Assembly: GCF_018350175.1 (NCBI RefSeq)
Contig: NC_058383.1
Coordinates: 682,001 to 746,000 of the forward strand
DNA from: Felis catus
Taxonomy: Eukaryota
Direction: 5' to 3'
DNA: 64,000 bases
Part shown: piece after piece, positions 13,413 through 26,449 of the stretch
How positions within the stretch are numbered: position 1 is the stretch's first letter
Layout: the number at the start of each line of letters is the position of its first letter
Made by a program: the position numbers and the translations under genes
The notes under the pieces: generated by a model
The model's input: only the letters and a program-made list of their open reading frames with translations
What the model was told of the DNA's origin: nothing
The model's database searches: none

Positions 13413-14274
13413 CTGTGGGGAAGACAGCGGGCGGGCTCACACTTGGGTCTGTCCGCCCTCCCGAGCCTGCTCCTTCAGCACCTTCCAGGGCTCCCCTCTG
13501 ACGGCCTCTCCAGGCCGGGAAGAGCCCCCCCCCACCCCGCTCCCAGGCCACCTCCAAGTCCCCCTCCCCCACCCACACGGCCCTGATGGCTGGGGCCCAG
13601 GGGGCGGTGGGCACGTCCGCTCCGTTCACCCCTGCACCCCCGCATCCCACGCGGGCAGACACGCAAGAAATGGTGGGCGGATACATAAAAGGAAAGGAAA
13701 TCTGTTTTTCTTCCCTCCCTTTGTTATTTAAATGGTTTACAAATGGCGAGTGCGTGCAGAGGGCACAGAGTTCCAAAAGTGTAAAGGAACACGCACTGCA
13801 CACTGACAAGCAGGCCCCCACACCTGACGCTCCAGCCACCACATCCCCACATCCCAAAATCAGTCTCAAGACCGGTGGGGCAGCACAGAGTGAGGTGGGG
13901 ATCCAAGGCAAGCAGGCCCTCACCTGTCTCCCCACCTACCTAGGACAAGGCCTCCGTCCCCTCATCGGCGAGGGCCACCTTCCCCAGAACACCCACACCC
14001 GGCAACCTCCCGGGTCAACCCAGCACAACAATTAATCTGACTTTACCAGGCAGCGACCCAGCAAAAACATGAAGTTAGGAAGGAAACTGAGTCCCACCCA
14101 CGGTTCCTCAGGGGTTCCCGCTGCCCCACGTTCCAAAGCACCCCTCCCTGCTTCCCAGGCAGCCCGTGAACCCTGAGGGAACCCTGAAACTATCCTAATT
14201 CATACTACAGTGCAAATGACTTCTGGAGGCGTTCTTCCCCCAGAGGGCTGGTACTTTCTAAAGATGACGTTTTA

Positions 14275-14503
14275 GGGGCGCCTGGGTGGCGCAGTCGGCT
14301 AAGCGTCTGACTTCAGCCAGGTCACGATCTCGCGGTCCGTAAGTTCGAGCCCTGCGTCAGGCTCTGGGCTGATGGCTCGGAGCCTGGAGCCTGCTTTGGG
14401 TTCTGTGTCTCCCTCTCTCTCTGCCCCTCCCCCGTTCATGCTCTGTCTCTCTCTGTCCCAAAAATAAATAAACGTTGAAAAAAAAAATTAAAAAAAAAAA
14501 AAA
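14275..14503 (+). mobile_element. Young-type Can-SINE
   Basis: GCGCAG/CAGCCAGG variant, long A tail, partial TSD ACGTTTTA. Confidence 0.92.
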
Positions 14504-15290
14504 ACGTTTTAAAAGACCCCAGACGGGACTCTGAAGTTCAAATGGGAGGTGTGGTATTCCGACTGGGAACCCACAGGAAAAAGAAAGTCAAGAAGCTGTC
14601 GTCCACCCAAAACCAACAGAGTTCAGCCATTATTCCTCGTAGGAGGGCCGCCTGTCGCATGCCAGGTGCTGTTGTCGGGGTTTTTCTTTTCCTCAAACAA
14701 GTTTATTTCTTCCACTAAAAACAAGCAAAGAATACAGAGCCAAGCGAAAGTTCGACACGGCGCACGTCAGCTTTGTGGGACGTTACGTGGCACTTGTGCC
14801 CCGGGTGGGGGACGCTGGTGGCGTGGACCACAGGACACGCCCGCCTGCGGCCACCGCCTGGGCCCAAGACCAGTGTTCGCGGGCCCGCAGCTGCTCCCTT
14901 ACTTCCCCTCCGGTGAGGCCCACAAACCAGGCTCCTTGCGGGGAATCTCAAGGCCTTTAAAGGCACCGTAGCTCTCCACGCACGAGCTGCCCCCTGTGCC
15001 CCATGACCTGCTGCAGCCTGAGCTCAGAGCAGAAGCAGAGGCCCCGGCTCCCCCCAGATGCAATCCTGCCCCTTGCAGGGAGGAGGGAACGAGACAGAGA
15101 GAAGACGAACGGGCGGGCAGAGCACCAGCAGTCAGGAGAGCCTGGAAGGTACGTGTGCCCAGTGGGCAGGACACTGGGAAGGCTCCTTCCGGAGTGCACT
15201 GTGCGATCCTGAGGGAACCCCTTCACCTCTCTGTGCCTCCATCAAGGACTGTTGAAAGCGACTTCATGCAGCTACTTAAAAGTATCTTTA

Positions 15291-15529
15291 GGGGCGCCTG
15301 GGTGGCTCCGTCGGTTAAGCGGCCGACTTCGGCTCAGGTCATGACCTCGCGGTCTGTGAGTTCGAGCCCCGCGTCGGGCTCTGTGCTGACAGCTCAGAGC
15401 CTGGAGCCTGCTTCCGATTCTGTGTCTCCCTCTCTCTGCCCCTCCCCCATTCATGCTCTGTCTCTCTCTGTCTCAAAAATAAACGTGAAAAACAAAAATA
15501 AAAATAAAATAAAAAATAAATAAAAAAAT
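15291..15529 (+). mobile_element. Can-SINE
   Basis: Full-length; TSD AAAGTATCTTTA. Confidence 0.92.
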
Positions 15530-16059
15530 AAAGTATCTTTATAGAACCTCCAAAAGAAAGGGTTAGCAGATGGGTGGTACGCATCCTCCCTCCCCCCTCC
15601 CCTAAATGATGGTAACATTAAAGCCTGAGGGGAGGTGAGTCTGCACGGTGAGGACCACGGGGCATGCCTCCACAGGTCTCTGGAAAACAGGACAGCAAGC
15701 TGCCTGGCACTCAGACAGAGCAAGCCACATGGAGGGTGTGCAGGGAACAGGCCCCCGGATCCAGGGAGGGAGCCTCCAGGCGGACAGGGGGGCCTACCGG
15801 GTTCGTGGGGAGCCACACCCTGGGGAGCAAGGGCCACCGGGTCCGTAGGGAGCCACACCCTGGAGCGCGGCACCCCACCCCCCAACTCAGAAAGTTGTGC
15901 AGAGGTGAGCTCCTCCCTTCCCACCACCGCCCCTTTTCAAGTCCCAGTGTGGAAACCCTCAAGTCCGTAGGATAGCAGAGGGAGTGACAGACGATCACCA
16001 AAATCCCACCACACATCTTCAACAATCATCAAAACAGGGCACACCTACTTCAGCTCACC

Positions 16060-16500
16060 TCCACGCACTCCACACGCACGCACGCACACATGGAACACGT
16101 GCACGTGTCCACGTGTGCAACACACACGTATACATGCATGCACATGTAACACCAGATGATGTGTGCACAGGATACACACAATATATACACAATACATAGA
16201 ACACGCATATGACAGACATACAACATGCACATGTATAATACACACAGGCAGACGTGACACACGTATATGGTACATTCACATACGTAGCACACACACAGTG
16301 CGCGTGTGCCTAGGACAACATGTATATGGTGCACACACACCTATAACACGTGTATACAAGGTACATGCACCTATGATAACACACGCATACAATGTACACA
16401 CACACAACACGCACAGACACGCATACACGACATATACACACACATACGTACACAGCTCTGCACGTGTAACACATACGTGTATACAAGACACACACAAGAC
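16060..16500. repeat. Alternating purine-pyrimidine low-complexity tract (CA/TA/CG)
   Basis: cacacgcacgcacgcacacatg...tatacacacacatacgtacaca. Confidence 0.85.
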
Positions 16501-16577
16501 TCCTCTGACACACGGGAGATGGAAGCAAATCCCGGATGTTATGAATTTCATTGAAAAGTTTTCTTTTTGGGGGGGGG

Positions 16578-16800
16578 GGGGCGCCTGGGTGGCTCCGTCG
16601 GTTGAGCGGCCGACTTCGGCCCAGGTCATGATCTCGCGGTCCGTGAGTTTGAGCCCCGCGTCGGGCTCCGTGCCGACAGCTCGGAGCCTGGAGCCCGCTT
16701 CGGATTCTGTGTCTCCCTCTCTCCCTGACCTTCCCCCATTCATGCTCTGTCTCTCTCCCTGTCTCAAAAATAAATAAATATTAAAAATTAAAAAAAAAAA
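16578..16800 (+). mobile_element. Can-SINE, left arm of the inverted pair
   Basis: Full head, CT tract and A tail. Confidence 0.92.
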
Positions 16801-16811
16801 GATTAAAAAAA

Positions 16812-17025
16812 ATTTGTTTTTGACATTTATTTATTTTTGAGAAATAGGGTGAGACAGAGCGTGAGGGGGGAGGGGCAGAGAGAGAGGGAGACACAGAATC
16901 CGAAGCGGGCTCCAGGCTCCGAGCTGTCGGCACGGAGCCCGACGCGGGGCTCAAACTCACGGACCGCGAGATCATGACCTGGGCCGAAGTCGGCCGCTCA
17001 ACCGACGGAACCACCCAGGCGCCCC
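16812..17025 (-). mobile_element. Can-SINE, right arm of the inverted pair
   Basis: Reverse-complement SINE; ATGAATTTCATT at 16541 and 17026 flanks the whole pair. Confidence 0.92.
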
Positions 17026-18929
17026 ATGAATTTCATTTGAGACCTTTTAGTATGTACCTCCTAAAAGATGACCTTTAAAAAACATAGAGCCCCATGTCCT
17101 CAAGCTATATGAGCCGTCCTGACCACAAAGCACCACTCGGCCACCCCAGCCTCTGGCCACAGAGCTCAGGGGCTGACGTGGGGCCGGGCCAGCGACGCGC
17201 CCTTCACGGCCCAGGCTCCGGGTGCATCTCGGCGGCCCCGCGGCCCCCTTGAGAGGCTCGGGTGCGGCGAGGGGGGTCCAAGCGGGAAGGGCGGGGCTGC
17301 ACGCAAGAGACCGGCCAGAGGCCACCTTCTCAAGGGAAGCACTGTCGGGGCCCCCCCCTTCCATGGGGCCGTGGGCATCACTGTCCTGGCACCAGCCACT
17401 TTCCATGGATCCGGGGGCTTCCAAACGCAAGGCCACTCGGGGAGGCGCTGGGCGGAAACGGCGCCGTTATTTCTGGACGGCACCCCTTCCCCTCCTCCTC
17501 GGGATTCCAGGAAAGCCTCTGGTTCTCCAGAGCCCCCTTCCTGTCTCCTGCTCTCACGCAGATGAACTGTCTGGGTTGCAGGATGGTCAAGGGCAGGAGG
17601 TCAGAGGCATCTTCACAACAGTGTGGGAACGGCGATTCCAGAAAGCTCTGCGGCCAGAACCTTCCCCAGAAATGCCTAACGCCGCCCCAGGGACCGTCCT
17701 TGCTCTGCCCCGGGGCCACGTTCTCCCCAGACCGCATATGACGTTCACTGTCTTCTGACCATGATTTTCCGGCACGAGGGGCAAAATGCGGCCTTGCGGC
17801 CTCAGAAGAGGACATTCTCTTCTGAATGTCGGGAGGGGGGATGTCGGGAGACTTTCTGGAACTGAGTAGACGCTGCTGAGAAGCCCATGTGCCTGGGACC
17901 CGGCACACATGGAGTCGTCCCCTCCACCCCATGCTCCCCCTCTCTGACTGAGGACACAGCCTGCCGGTCCCTCTGAGAGGCCTACTGGGGCAGCGGACCA
18001 CGCCAGCCTGATTGCCCACGCTGGTCCTGAACACCCCACAGGAGGAGGGGCCGCTTCCCCAGCGGTGGCCAAGTTGGCGTTTCTGGACCTCCCCCCAGGG
18101 GGACTGTCCCTTGCCTCCCTGTCCCCTCCGACCGAGGGAGAGCCGTGGTACTTGGGGACCTGCGGCGTCCAGGACAGGGGTCCATGGTGCCACCCCTGGA
18201 CCAACCACAAGCCCCCTCCCAGGGCTGCAGCATCTCAGAGCACGAGGCAGGCCCCGAGGCCAGCCATCCCCACCTACAAGGCAAGGAAACCGAGGCCCGG
18301 AGAGTGCAAGGGGCATGTCCAGGGGCGCTCGACCTTCAGTGGCAAAGAGAGGAGAGAAAGGTGCAGTTTCAACCATTTATTGAGCACTTTCGGAATACCA
18401 GCCCTCATACAGAGAAAAAGGCACGGTTTGTCACAGAAGGTTTCGATCTAATAGGAAAGACGGGTCCAAGTCTGACAGAGAAACGGGCTGAGCCACGAAG
18501 GACTAGATACAAGGGCTGTGCAGGCAAAGGGGCTCCTAGGCCACCCCTGGGAAGGAGGAGGCCGGGAGGGCTTCCTGGAGGAGGGGCCTTCTGAGCCCGC
18601 CCGGATGAGACAGGCCGAACCCAGGGGACACCGTGGGTGGCTGGGAGCTCAGCCCCCCACCTCCCCAGGTGCCCTCTCCGGACCTGTGGCAGATTCCCGT
18701 TTACACGGTCCCTTCTTTGTGCAGCCACCTTCCCAGATGTCCGTTTTATTCATCCCCAGAGTCACCTCCTTTCCCGTCTGCCGTCACCTCCTCCATTTCC
18801 GTTTCGTTAACTTCCGCTTTATCCTTGTTATTTCCACCGTGTGGCTCTGTCACTCACCCTCTTTCCAACCTCCCAGGCCGCACACCGTAGCGGCTCCCAT
18901 AGGCTCCCTCGAAAATTCAGAGGGCAGCT

Positions 18930-19250
18930 CTATTTGGAAACAGGACCTTTGTAGACACAGGTGAACACGAGGTCTTGGTGTCCTCGTAACAGGAGGAGGA
19001 TTTGGACACACGGCTCAGGGCAGATCCCACCGTGAAGACAGAGGCAGAGGCCGGGTGATGTGTCTGCACGTCAGGGGCTGAGAGCAACGTGAGGCCGGGA
19101 CGGACCCGTGTCGGGACCACCAGGAGGAAGTGCCGCTGCAGCTCTGAGCTTGGGCTCCCGGCCTCCCAGCCGTGGGGCAGAAAATTCCTGCTGCTCGCGG
19201 CCCCCCAGTCTGTGAGGATTTGCTCTGGTGCTATAGGAGTTGGAGACACA
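18930..19250. mobile_element. MLT1-like LTR remnant
   Basis: tatttggaaacaggacctttgtaga...gtgaagacagaggcagag...ccagtctgtgaggatttg. Confidence 0.55.
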
Positions 19251-19315
19251 TGGTTCAGTAATTCCTAATCTTAGTGTCCAGTGAAGCAATAATTTCCCCT
19301 CTAAAGACCAACTGG

Positions 19316-19534
19316 GGGGCGCCTGGGTGGCTCAGTCGGTTAAGCGTCCGACTTCAGCTCAGGTCACGATCTCACCGTCCGTGAGTTCGAGCCCCGCGTC
19401 GGGCTCTGGGCTGATGGCTCAGAGCCTGGAGCCTGCTTCCGATTCTGTGTCTCCCTCTCTCTCTGCCCCTCCCCCGTTCACGCTCTGTCTCTCTCTGTCT
19501 CAAAAATAAATAAACATTAAAAAAAAAAAAAAAA
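19316..19534 (+). mobile_element. Can-SINE
   Basis: Full-length; TSD AAAGA(C/A)CAACTGG. Confidence 0.92.
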
Positions 19535-20283
19535 GAACAACTGGGATGCTTTAAATGTCACTTAATTCTAAATATCTCGTAATTTTTTACTATGACAATC
19601 TTCTTCCACAAATTACACAAACGCTCATTACTGGTTTCCAAGCGTATGAGGAGGCTGGCTTCCTCCGTTTACTCCTGGTCAGCACTTTATTAATGAGAGT
19701 GAAACAACTTTATTGGGTTATGGTCAAAGAATATGGTTTTTGATTAAGAAAAAGATTTGACCTCATCGGGGGATGTACTTGATTGTGAAATTCTGATTGA
19801 CACACCCCTTTCCAGGATCTCGTCAGTTGCCTGAGCACACACTGAAGCATCCCAGAAAGAACGTAAGTCAGTAAGGACGCAGAGCCGACCTGGGGCCCTG
19901 ACCAGCCGTGGCCCTGCTGCCTCGTGCAGTTGGGTGAAGGGCAGCGCGCACGCCCAGGGCGGCACAGCGGGGAAGTCCTGGGCTTCCTGATGTGCTCCCA
20001 GATCCGGCCCGGTACCTCGAACGGCACCTGCCACGTAGCTGGTGTTCAATAAACATCTGTCGACTAAGTGAGTAAGTGAATAAAACCTTTTTGGAGAACT
20101 GTCACCACAAATCGATGGGCACTTCTAGGCCCCATGAATCCATCTCTTAAAATATATCCAAAGGAAGCAATGAGAGGTGTCAGAGATATCTGTACTAGAA
20201 TGTTCTCTGCAGTGTTTCAACAAAATTTTTAATCCAGCTAGCAGCAAGAAATTGCTTGAATCAATTTAGAAATATCTACGTAA

Positions 20284-20507
20284 GGGGCGCCTGGGTGGCT
20301 CAGTCGGTTAAGCGGCCGACTTCGGCTCAGGTCATGATCTCGCGGTCAGTGAGTTCAAGCCCCGCGTCGGACTCTGTGCTGACAGCTCAGAGCCTGGAGC
20401 CTGCTTCATATTCTGTGTCTCCCTCTCTCTGACCCTCCCCTGTTCATGCTCTGTCTCTCCCTGTCTCAAAAATAAATAAACGTTTAAAAAAAAATTAAAA
20501 AAAAACT
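20284..20507 (+). mobile_element. Can-SINE
   Basis: Full-length; 21-bp direct repeat AATTTAGAAATATCTACGTAA at 20263 and 20508. Confidence 0.92.
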
Positions 20508-20592
20508 AATTTAGAAATATCTACGTAATAGAATACTCTGGCCTGTTATATCATGTTTTTAGTAACATTTAACGGTCACAGAGATGATCATA

Positions 20593-20762
20593 GGGGCGCC
20601 TGGGTGGCTCAGTCAGGTAAGCATCCAACTTTGGCTCAGGTCATGATCTTGCAGTTTGTGGGGTCAAACCCCGCGTCAGGCTCTGTGCTGACAGCTCAGA
20701 GCCTGGAGCCTGCTTCAGATTCTGTATCTCCCTCTCTCTCTGCCCCCTCCCTCCTTCACACG

Positions 20763-20798
<36 letters not shown>

Positions 20799-20820
20799 AA
20801 TAAATATCAAAAAAAAAAAA
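20593..20820 (+). mobile_element. Can-SINE
   Basis: Head, (CT)n and A tail. Confidence 0.9.
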
Positions 20821-20839
20821 GCAGGAGTCAAAATTACAT

Positions 20840-23800
20840 GCAGTTAAGGGAATGAAAACACAAGCCACAGACTAGGAGAAAATACTCAAAAACACACATC
20901 CGCTAAGGACTCGTGTCCAAAATGCTCGAGAAACCTCATAAGGTCAACAAGAAAGCAAACAACCCAGTTAAACACCAGGCAGGAGATCTGAGCAGAAGCC
21001 GGGGGAGAACGCGTGTGGGAGGGCAGGCGCGCACGGGAACGTGCTCCACGTCGTGTGCCGTCAGGGAAACGGGGAGCAACACAGCAAGGAGAGGCCACCA
21101 CCGCCTGTCAGAAGGGCCACGGCCCACAGCACGTCACCGCCGGGTGCTGGCGGGACGGGGAGCGGCGGGGACGCAGAATGCCGCGGCCGCTCCGAGAGGG
21201 ACCCTGGTGTCTTACAAAACCGAGCGCGGTCTCGCCGTGCGGTCCTGCAGTCACGTCCCAAGATGTGAGAACGTGCGTGCTCGCAGACCTGCACGCGGAG
21301 GTTTGCAGCGGCTTTATCCGTGATTACCGAACCCGGGCAGCAACCGGACGCCCTTCAGTGGCTGGTGGACAACCGGGCTCCATCCGGGCGGTGGGGGTTT
21401 TACTCTGCCCCGGAAAGAAGGGAGCCGCGAAGCCAAGAACGACGTGGAGGAACCTTCGATCCAGGTTACTGCGTGAAGGAAGCCAGTCTGGAGAGGCCGC
21501 ACCCTGGGTGATCCCAGCCGAGTGGCCTTCTGGGAAAGGCAGGGCCGGGGAGCCGGTAAAAGATCAAGGGTTCAGAGGGAAAGCGGGAGGCATGAGTAGG
21601 TAGAGCTCAGAGTTTTTAGGGCAGCAGCACTAATCAAAATGATACTTTAACGACAGATATGTGACATCAGGTATCTGTCAGAAGCCACAGGACTGTGGGG
21701 CACAAGGAGTGACCCTGACATAAATTCCGGGCTTCAGTCGAGGGCGGCGGCTCTCGCCAGCTGTTAACACACTCCACTGACACAGCGGGACTAGTGGGGA
21801 GCCGCACGGAGCGGGGCGCGCGGGAACCCTGCGGCCCTAAAACTGCTCCCACAAGATAACACCTGCCCATTAAAAAGGAGTACCACTTAAATAACAATAA
21901 AAAAAGAAACAGGAGTAAAGCTAACCAAACACGTGAAGGAGCTGTGTATTAAAAATACAAAGGCGCGTCTGGTGGCTCAGTCAGTTGAGCGTCCAACTCT
22001 CGATTTCAGCTCAGACCATGATCCCAGGGCCATGAGATCGAGCCCCACGTCAGGCTCTGCACTCAGTGTGGAGCTTGCTTGGGATTCTCTCTTTGCCCCT
22101 CTCCCCACTTGCACATACCCACTCTCTCTCTAAAATAAAAATAAATAAGTAAAAATTAAATAAATACAAGTTTTTCTTTCATTGACATTAGAAATCAAAA
22201 ACCTAGATAAACGGAGAGGTATCCTGGAAAGTTAGCTGAAGGATAACTAGAAGATTCTAGATTGTTGTCTATTCTCCTTAAACTGATTTACGTATCAACG
22301 TGAACCCACTCAAAATCCCAAGAGGATTTTTTGGTCCATGTCACCAAGATCACGCTAAAACACGCCTAAAAAGGCAGAGGAACCGGGGTGGACAAAACAA
22401 TTTTGAAAAAGAACAATGCAGGGGCGCCTGGTGGCTCAGTCGGTTGAGAATCTGACTCTTGAGTTTGGCTCAGGTCATGTCATGGTCGTGACACCAAGGC
22501 CCACATCAGGCTCTGTGCTAGGAGCCTGCTTGGGATTCGCTCTCTCCACCTCCCTCTGCCCCTTCCCCAAATCGTTCTCTCTCTCAAAATAAATAAATGA
22601 ACGTTTAAAAAAAAAGAAGAAGAAGGAAAGAAAAAGAACAATGCAGGGAGGCTCATACTACCCGACTTTGATCTTCACATAACGGCAGAATGATCCAAGG
22701 GCGCCAGGGGGCTCAGTCGGTTGAGTGTCCGACTTCAGCTCAGGTCATGAGTTCAGGGTTTATGACTTTGAGCCCCACGTTGGGCCCTGTGCTGACACCT
22801 CGGAGCCTGAGCCTGCCTCAGATTCTGTCTCTCTCTCTCTCTCTCTGCCCCTTCCCTCTCTCTCTCTCTTTCAAAAATGAATAAAACATTAAAAAAAAAA
22901 AAAAAAAAAGAATGATCCAGAGACATGCCCCCAGCACGTACGGCCAGCTGATAAGGTCAAAGGTCTGCCCAAATTCAGTGCAGAGTTCTTCACACAAACC
23001 TAAACACAAAAGCACAATCCACTAAAACAAATACCTTGAAAAACCGCACTTCAGAAGCCAGAACTTCCACTCGTGAAGTGTTTCACTTCCACTAGTGAAA
23101 CACACTAGTGAGAAAACCAGGCAGACAGGCTGAGGACGGACTGGAAGGAGGTGTCTGCAAACCAGAACCTGACGCAGGACTTGCATCCCTGCACATAATG
23201 GCACGAGTCGAACACACGGAGTTTCCAAGCCCGACAGTAAGAGAAGGACCTGGTAAGAAAATGGACAAGGAAAAAAAAAAAAAAAAGAAAATGGACAAGA
23301 GCCATGCACAGGCACTTCAGCGAGGAGACAGGCCAAGGGCAAGTAAGGGCATAGGAAGAGCACGGGAAGACACTCAGCGACACTGGTCATTAGGAAATGC
23401 AAGAGTGGCCTGAAGGGCCACCCCATGCCCATTAGAATGGCTAAACTTTGAAACCTGATAACATCAAGTGCTGGCCACGTGAGGGCCAGGAGCCACCGCT
23501 GGTGGGAATGCAACCCACCAAAGGATGAACACACTGGGCTCCGTCTACACAGCGGAGTGCAGTTCAGCAAAATAACTCAAACTCGGGACACTCACAAAAC
23601 CTCGAGGAATCTCAGAGGCGCTTCGTTAAGTTAAAGAACCCAAACTCGAAAGGCCACATGCCACGCAGGACTCCACTGACGGAACATTCTTGAAAATGCA
23701 GAGCTTCGGACACTCCAGTGGTGCCAGGGGTTACAGGTGGGGGATGGTCTGACCAGCACAGGCAGAAAGAAATGGGCGGGGGGGGGGGGGAGGGATGCAG

Positions 23801-23900
23801 ACGAGAGAACAGCGGCACCTCAGGTCTGGGCCTCGGTTACGGTGGCAGGAACACTACGGTCAGAGCTCATGTGGTTGCACAGCACACAGCACGAGCTTCA
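20840..23900 (+). mobile_element. Degraded ancient LINE-1 fragments
   Basis: Recalled L1 ORF2/3' UTR motifs (acaagccacagactaggagaaaatac, gaggctcatactacccgacttt, cattaggaaatgcaa). Boundaries approximate. Confidence 0.65.
21962..22908 (+). mobile_element. Three older Can-SINEs (about 21962-22160, 22421-22630, 22699-22908) inserted in L1 sequence
   Basis: Diverged heads; TSDs AAATACAA, AAAAAGAACAATGCA and AGAATGATCCA. Confidence 0.85.
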
Positions 23901-25190
23901 GGGCATTTAAATTCAAGGAGAATTTTAACAGGCGAGCGGAGCAGGCTTACCCGTGCTGCCATGGAGCGTCCCCTCGAGTGACCCGTCAGTGGGGACAGGC
24001 CGGGCTCAGGGCAGCGTGCCCACGTGCAGCTCAGCCCAGAAATCGCACCCACGTTGCCCAAAATGCATAACATCCTCCCGAGAAATCTCAGGCAACGGAA
24101 CCAACAGAGGTGGGCTCTGGGCGGCAGGGGCGGTGGGGGTGAGAGACTTTTAGCTTTCACACCTTTGACTCTGTGCCATACGCACACATCACTTTTCTGG
24201 GCTGCCTCACTGGCACGTGCATCCAGTAGGGCGCCCTGCTCTGAGAAGCTGTCTTGTCCCCCGCCCGACGCGGGGCCTTAACTGACGGTACGTGTGCTGT
24301 CGCGGCCGCTTTCGTCCCCCGGCACGGCAGCAGTCACCTCGGAGCCCGGAAGGCCTGGCGGCTTTAAGTGCCAGGGGGCAAGTAGGTGGTGATTCCATGT
24401 GACTCTGCCCCTCTGGGTCCCCCGGGTGTGCAACGAAGCAGTCCGTCCGTCTGGGCCTCTGGGCGCCACCAGAATGGCGCCGGTCACCGGGAAGCACGTG
24501 CTGAGCTTCCAAACTGAGCGACCAGAGACCCATCCAGTAGCCCAGTGCCCACCCACCGCCCTCAGGAGCGGGTGTCTGGGTGGGACGCCATTTACTGCCA
24601 CGGATGTCTCCCAGGAGAGCTGCCCCTTCTGAGCTGTGTCCGCTCATTCCAAAAGCAAAACGCGTGACTTGTTAGTTTTTACTAAAGACATAGCAGTGAG
24701 CCTGGCCGCTCGGACTGTGTCACCACCGCTGAACCGATATCTGGCGGGGGGGGGTGGGGGGGGCAGGCACGGCAGTGAGGTATCGATGTCCACAGATGAG
24801 CACAAAACAACGGTCATAGAAGCCAATGTTGGTGAGGATCTGGGAATTCGGCACGAGCCACGCGTGTTAGGGAAACCACAAACTCATCTAATTCTGTGGA
24901 GTAAACCGGAAACGTGGCTCTAGAGCTGTAAAAACACACAGACACGCAGACCCCAGAGCACAGGCCCTGACTGCAGCACAAAGGCACAAAGGTGTTTTCT
25001 GAAGGAAAAAAAGAAAAAAAAAAAAAAAAAAAAGAAAGAAACTGAAAACCATCAAACACAAAACAATGCAAACAAAGGCCACGACATCCACGTGATCTTA
25101 TGGCCACGGATGCCATAACGGTGCTACTGAGACGAGCACGGAACATCAACGCATTTGACACCACTAAAATGGACACTTTAAAACGTTCAG

Positions 25191-25440
25191 GGGGCGCCGT
25201 GGGGCCTCAGTCAGTTGAGCGTCCGACTTCGGCTCAGGTCACGATCTCAGGACTCATGGGATCAAGCCCCGCGTCAGGCTCTGTGCTGACAGCTCGGAGC
25301 CTGGAGGCTGCTTCCGATTCTGTGTCTCCCTCTCTGTCCCTCCCCAACTCATGCTCTGTCTCTCTCTCTCTCTCTCTCTCTCAAAATTAAACATTAAAAA
25401 ATGTTTAATACGTTTTAAAAAATAATAAATAAAAATAAAA
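25191..25440 (+). mobile_element. Can-SINE
   Basis: Diverged head, (CT)n and A-rich tail. Confidence 0.88.
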
Positions 25441-26449
25441 TGGTCAACAGAGTGAACTTGATATCACGTACATTTTACTACAATAAAAGAACCCTAACAA
25501 AAAGTCAAACCAAAAGCGCACGTACGCGACAACGACCCACGTCTGCACGTGCACGTGTCTGCCGCACAGCGGGAACAGTCCTCGTGAAAACGCAGGGTTG
25601 GTACGTACGTGAACGGGAACAGGTGTATCTTTATGGAGGGAACTCTTGCTTACAGCGTCTAAACTCCATTCTGGAAAGGACGAACGACTTCATCGCCCAT
25701 GATCTTCTGAAAGACCACATCTTGGAGAAGCTTCGGGGCTGTGTCGTCAGTGCATAAGGACCGTCTGGCCCCCTCAAGTCTGGACCTTAGAGGAACCACC
25801 TGCTTAAATGGCCCGCGATGAAGTCACTCACCGAGGCCCGAGGCCCGGCCAGGGCAGCGCCCTGAGAGCTGGGCCATCCTCGCCGCCCTGTGCCGGGCCT
25901 TTATCCGGGCCGCGCACACACGCTTCCCGCTCGTCACACGAGAAAACTCCCCCTCCGCGGGCGTCTGCCTGCTGTCCACTCACGGTGGCCTCTGCAGGGA
26001 GCAGGTGGCCCGGGACTCCGCCCCTCCCCCAGCCACGGGCAAAGAGCCTTCCTGCTCCCATATTAACAAACGCTGGCTGAGCGAGTGAGACTCCCGTGGG
26101 ACCTCAGGACGCCCCCAGGCAGGGGTCTCAGATCTGGCACCAGGGACGGACTCTCTAGTAGAGTCACCCACACGGGAAAGCACGCACGTGGTGTCAGAGA
26201 CCCCGCAAAATCCCCCCAGCGCCCGAGCGCGTCAGCCCTGGCGGAGAAGTGACAACAGGCCGCAGCCGGGCCCTGAGGCACCGGCTTCTGTCCGCACCGT
26301 CTGTCACACACCTCGGAGCTCGTCTGGCGCTGCCTGTGACAAAGACGTGAAGGCTGGTCACCCGCTCTTCCCGTTACCAGTGGCTCGCGGTCGCCTGCAG
26401 CCTAAGCAAAGCAGCCCTTTGCAGCCGGACTGCAACCCCCCCAGGGCAC

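Noticed and set aside
16050..16777. Cys/His/Val-rich ORFs resembling metal-binding proteins
   Set aside because: Translation of the alternating CA/TA tract plus SINE.
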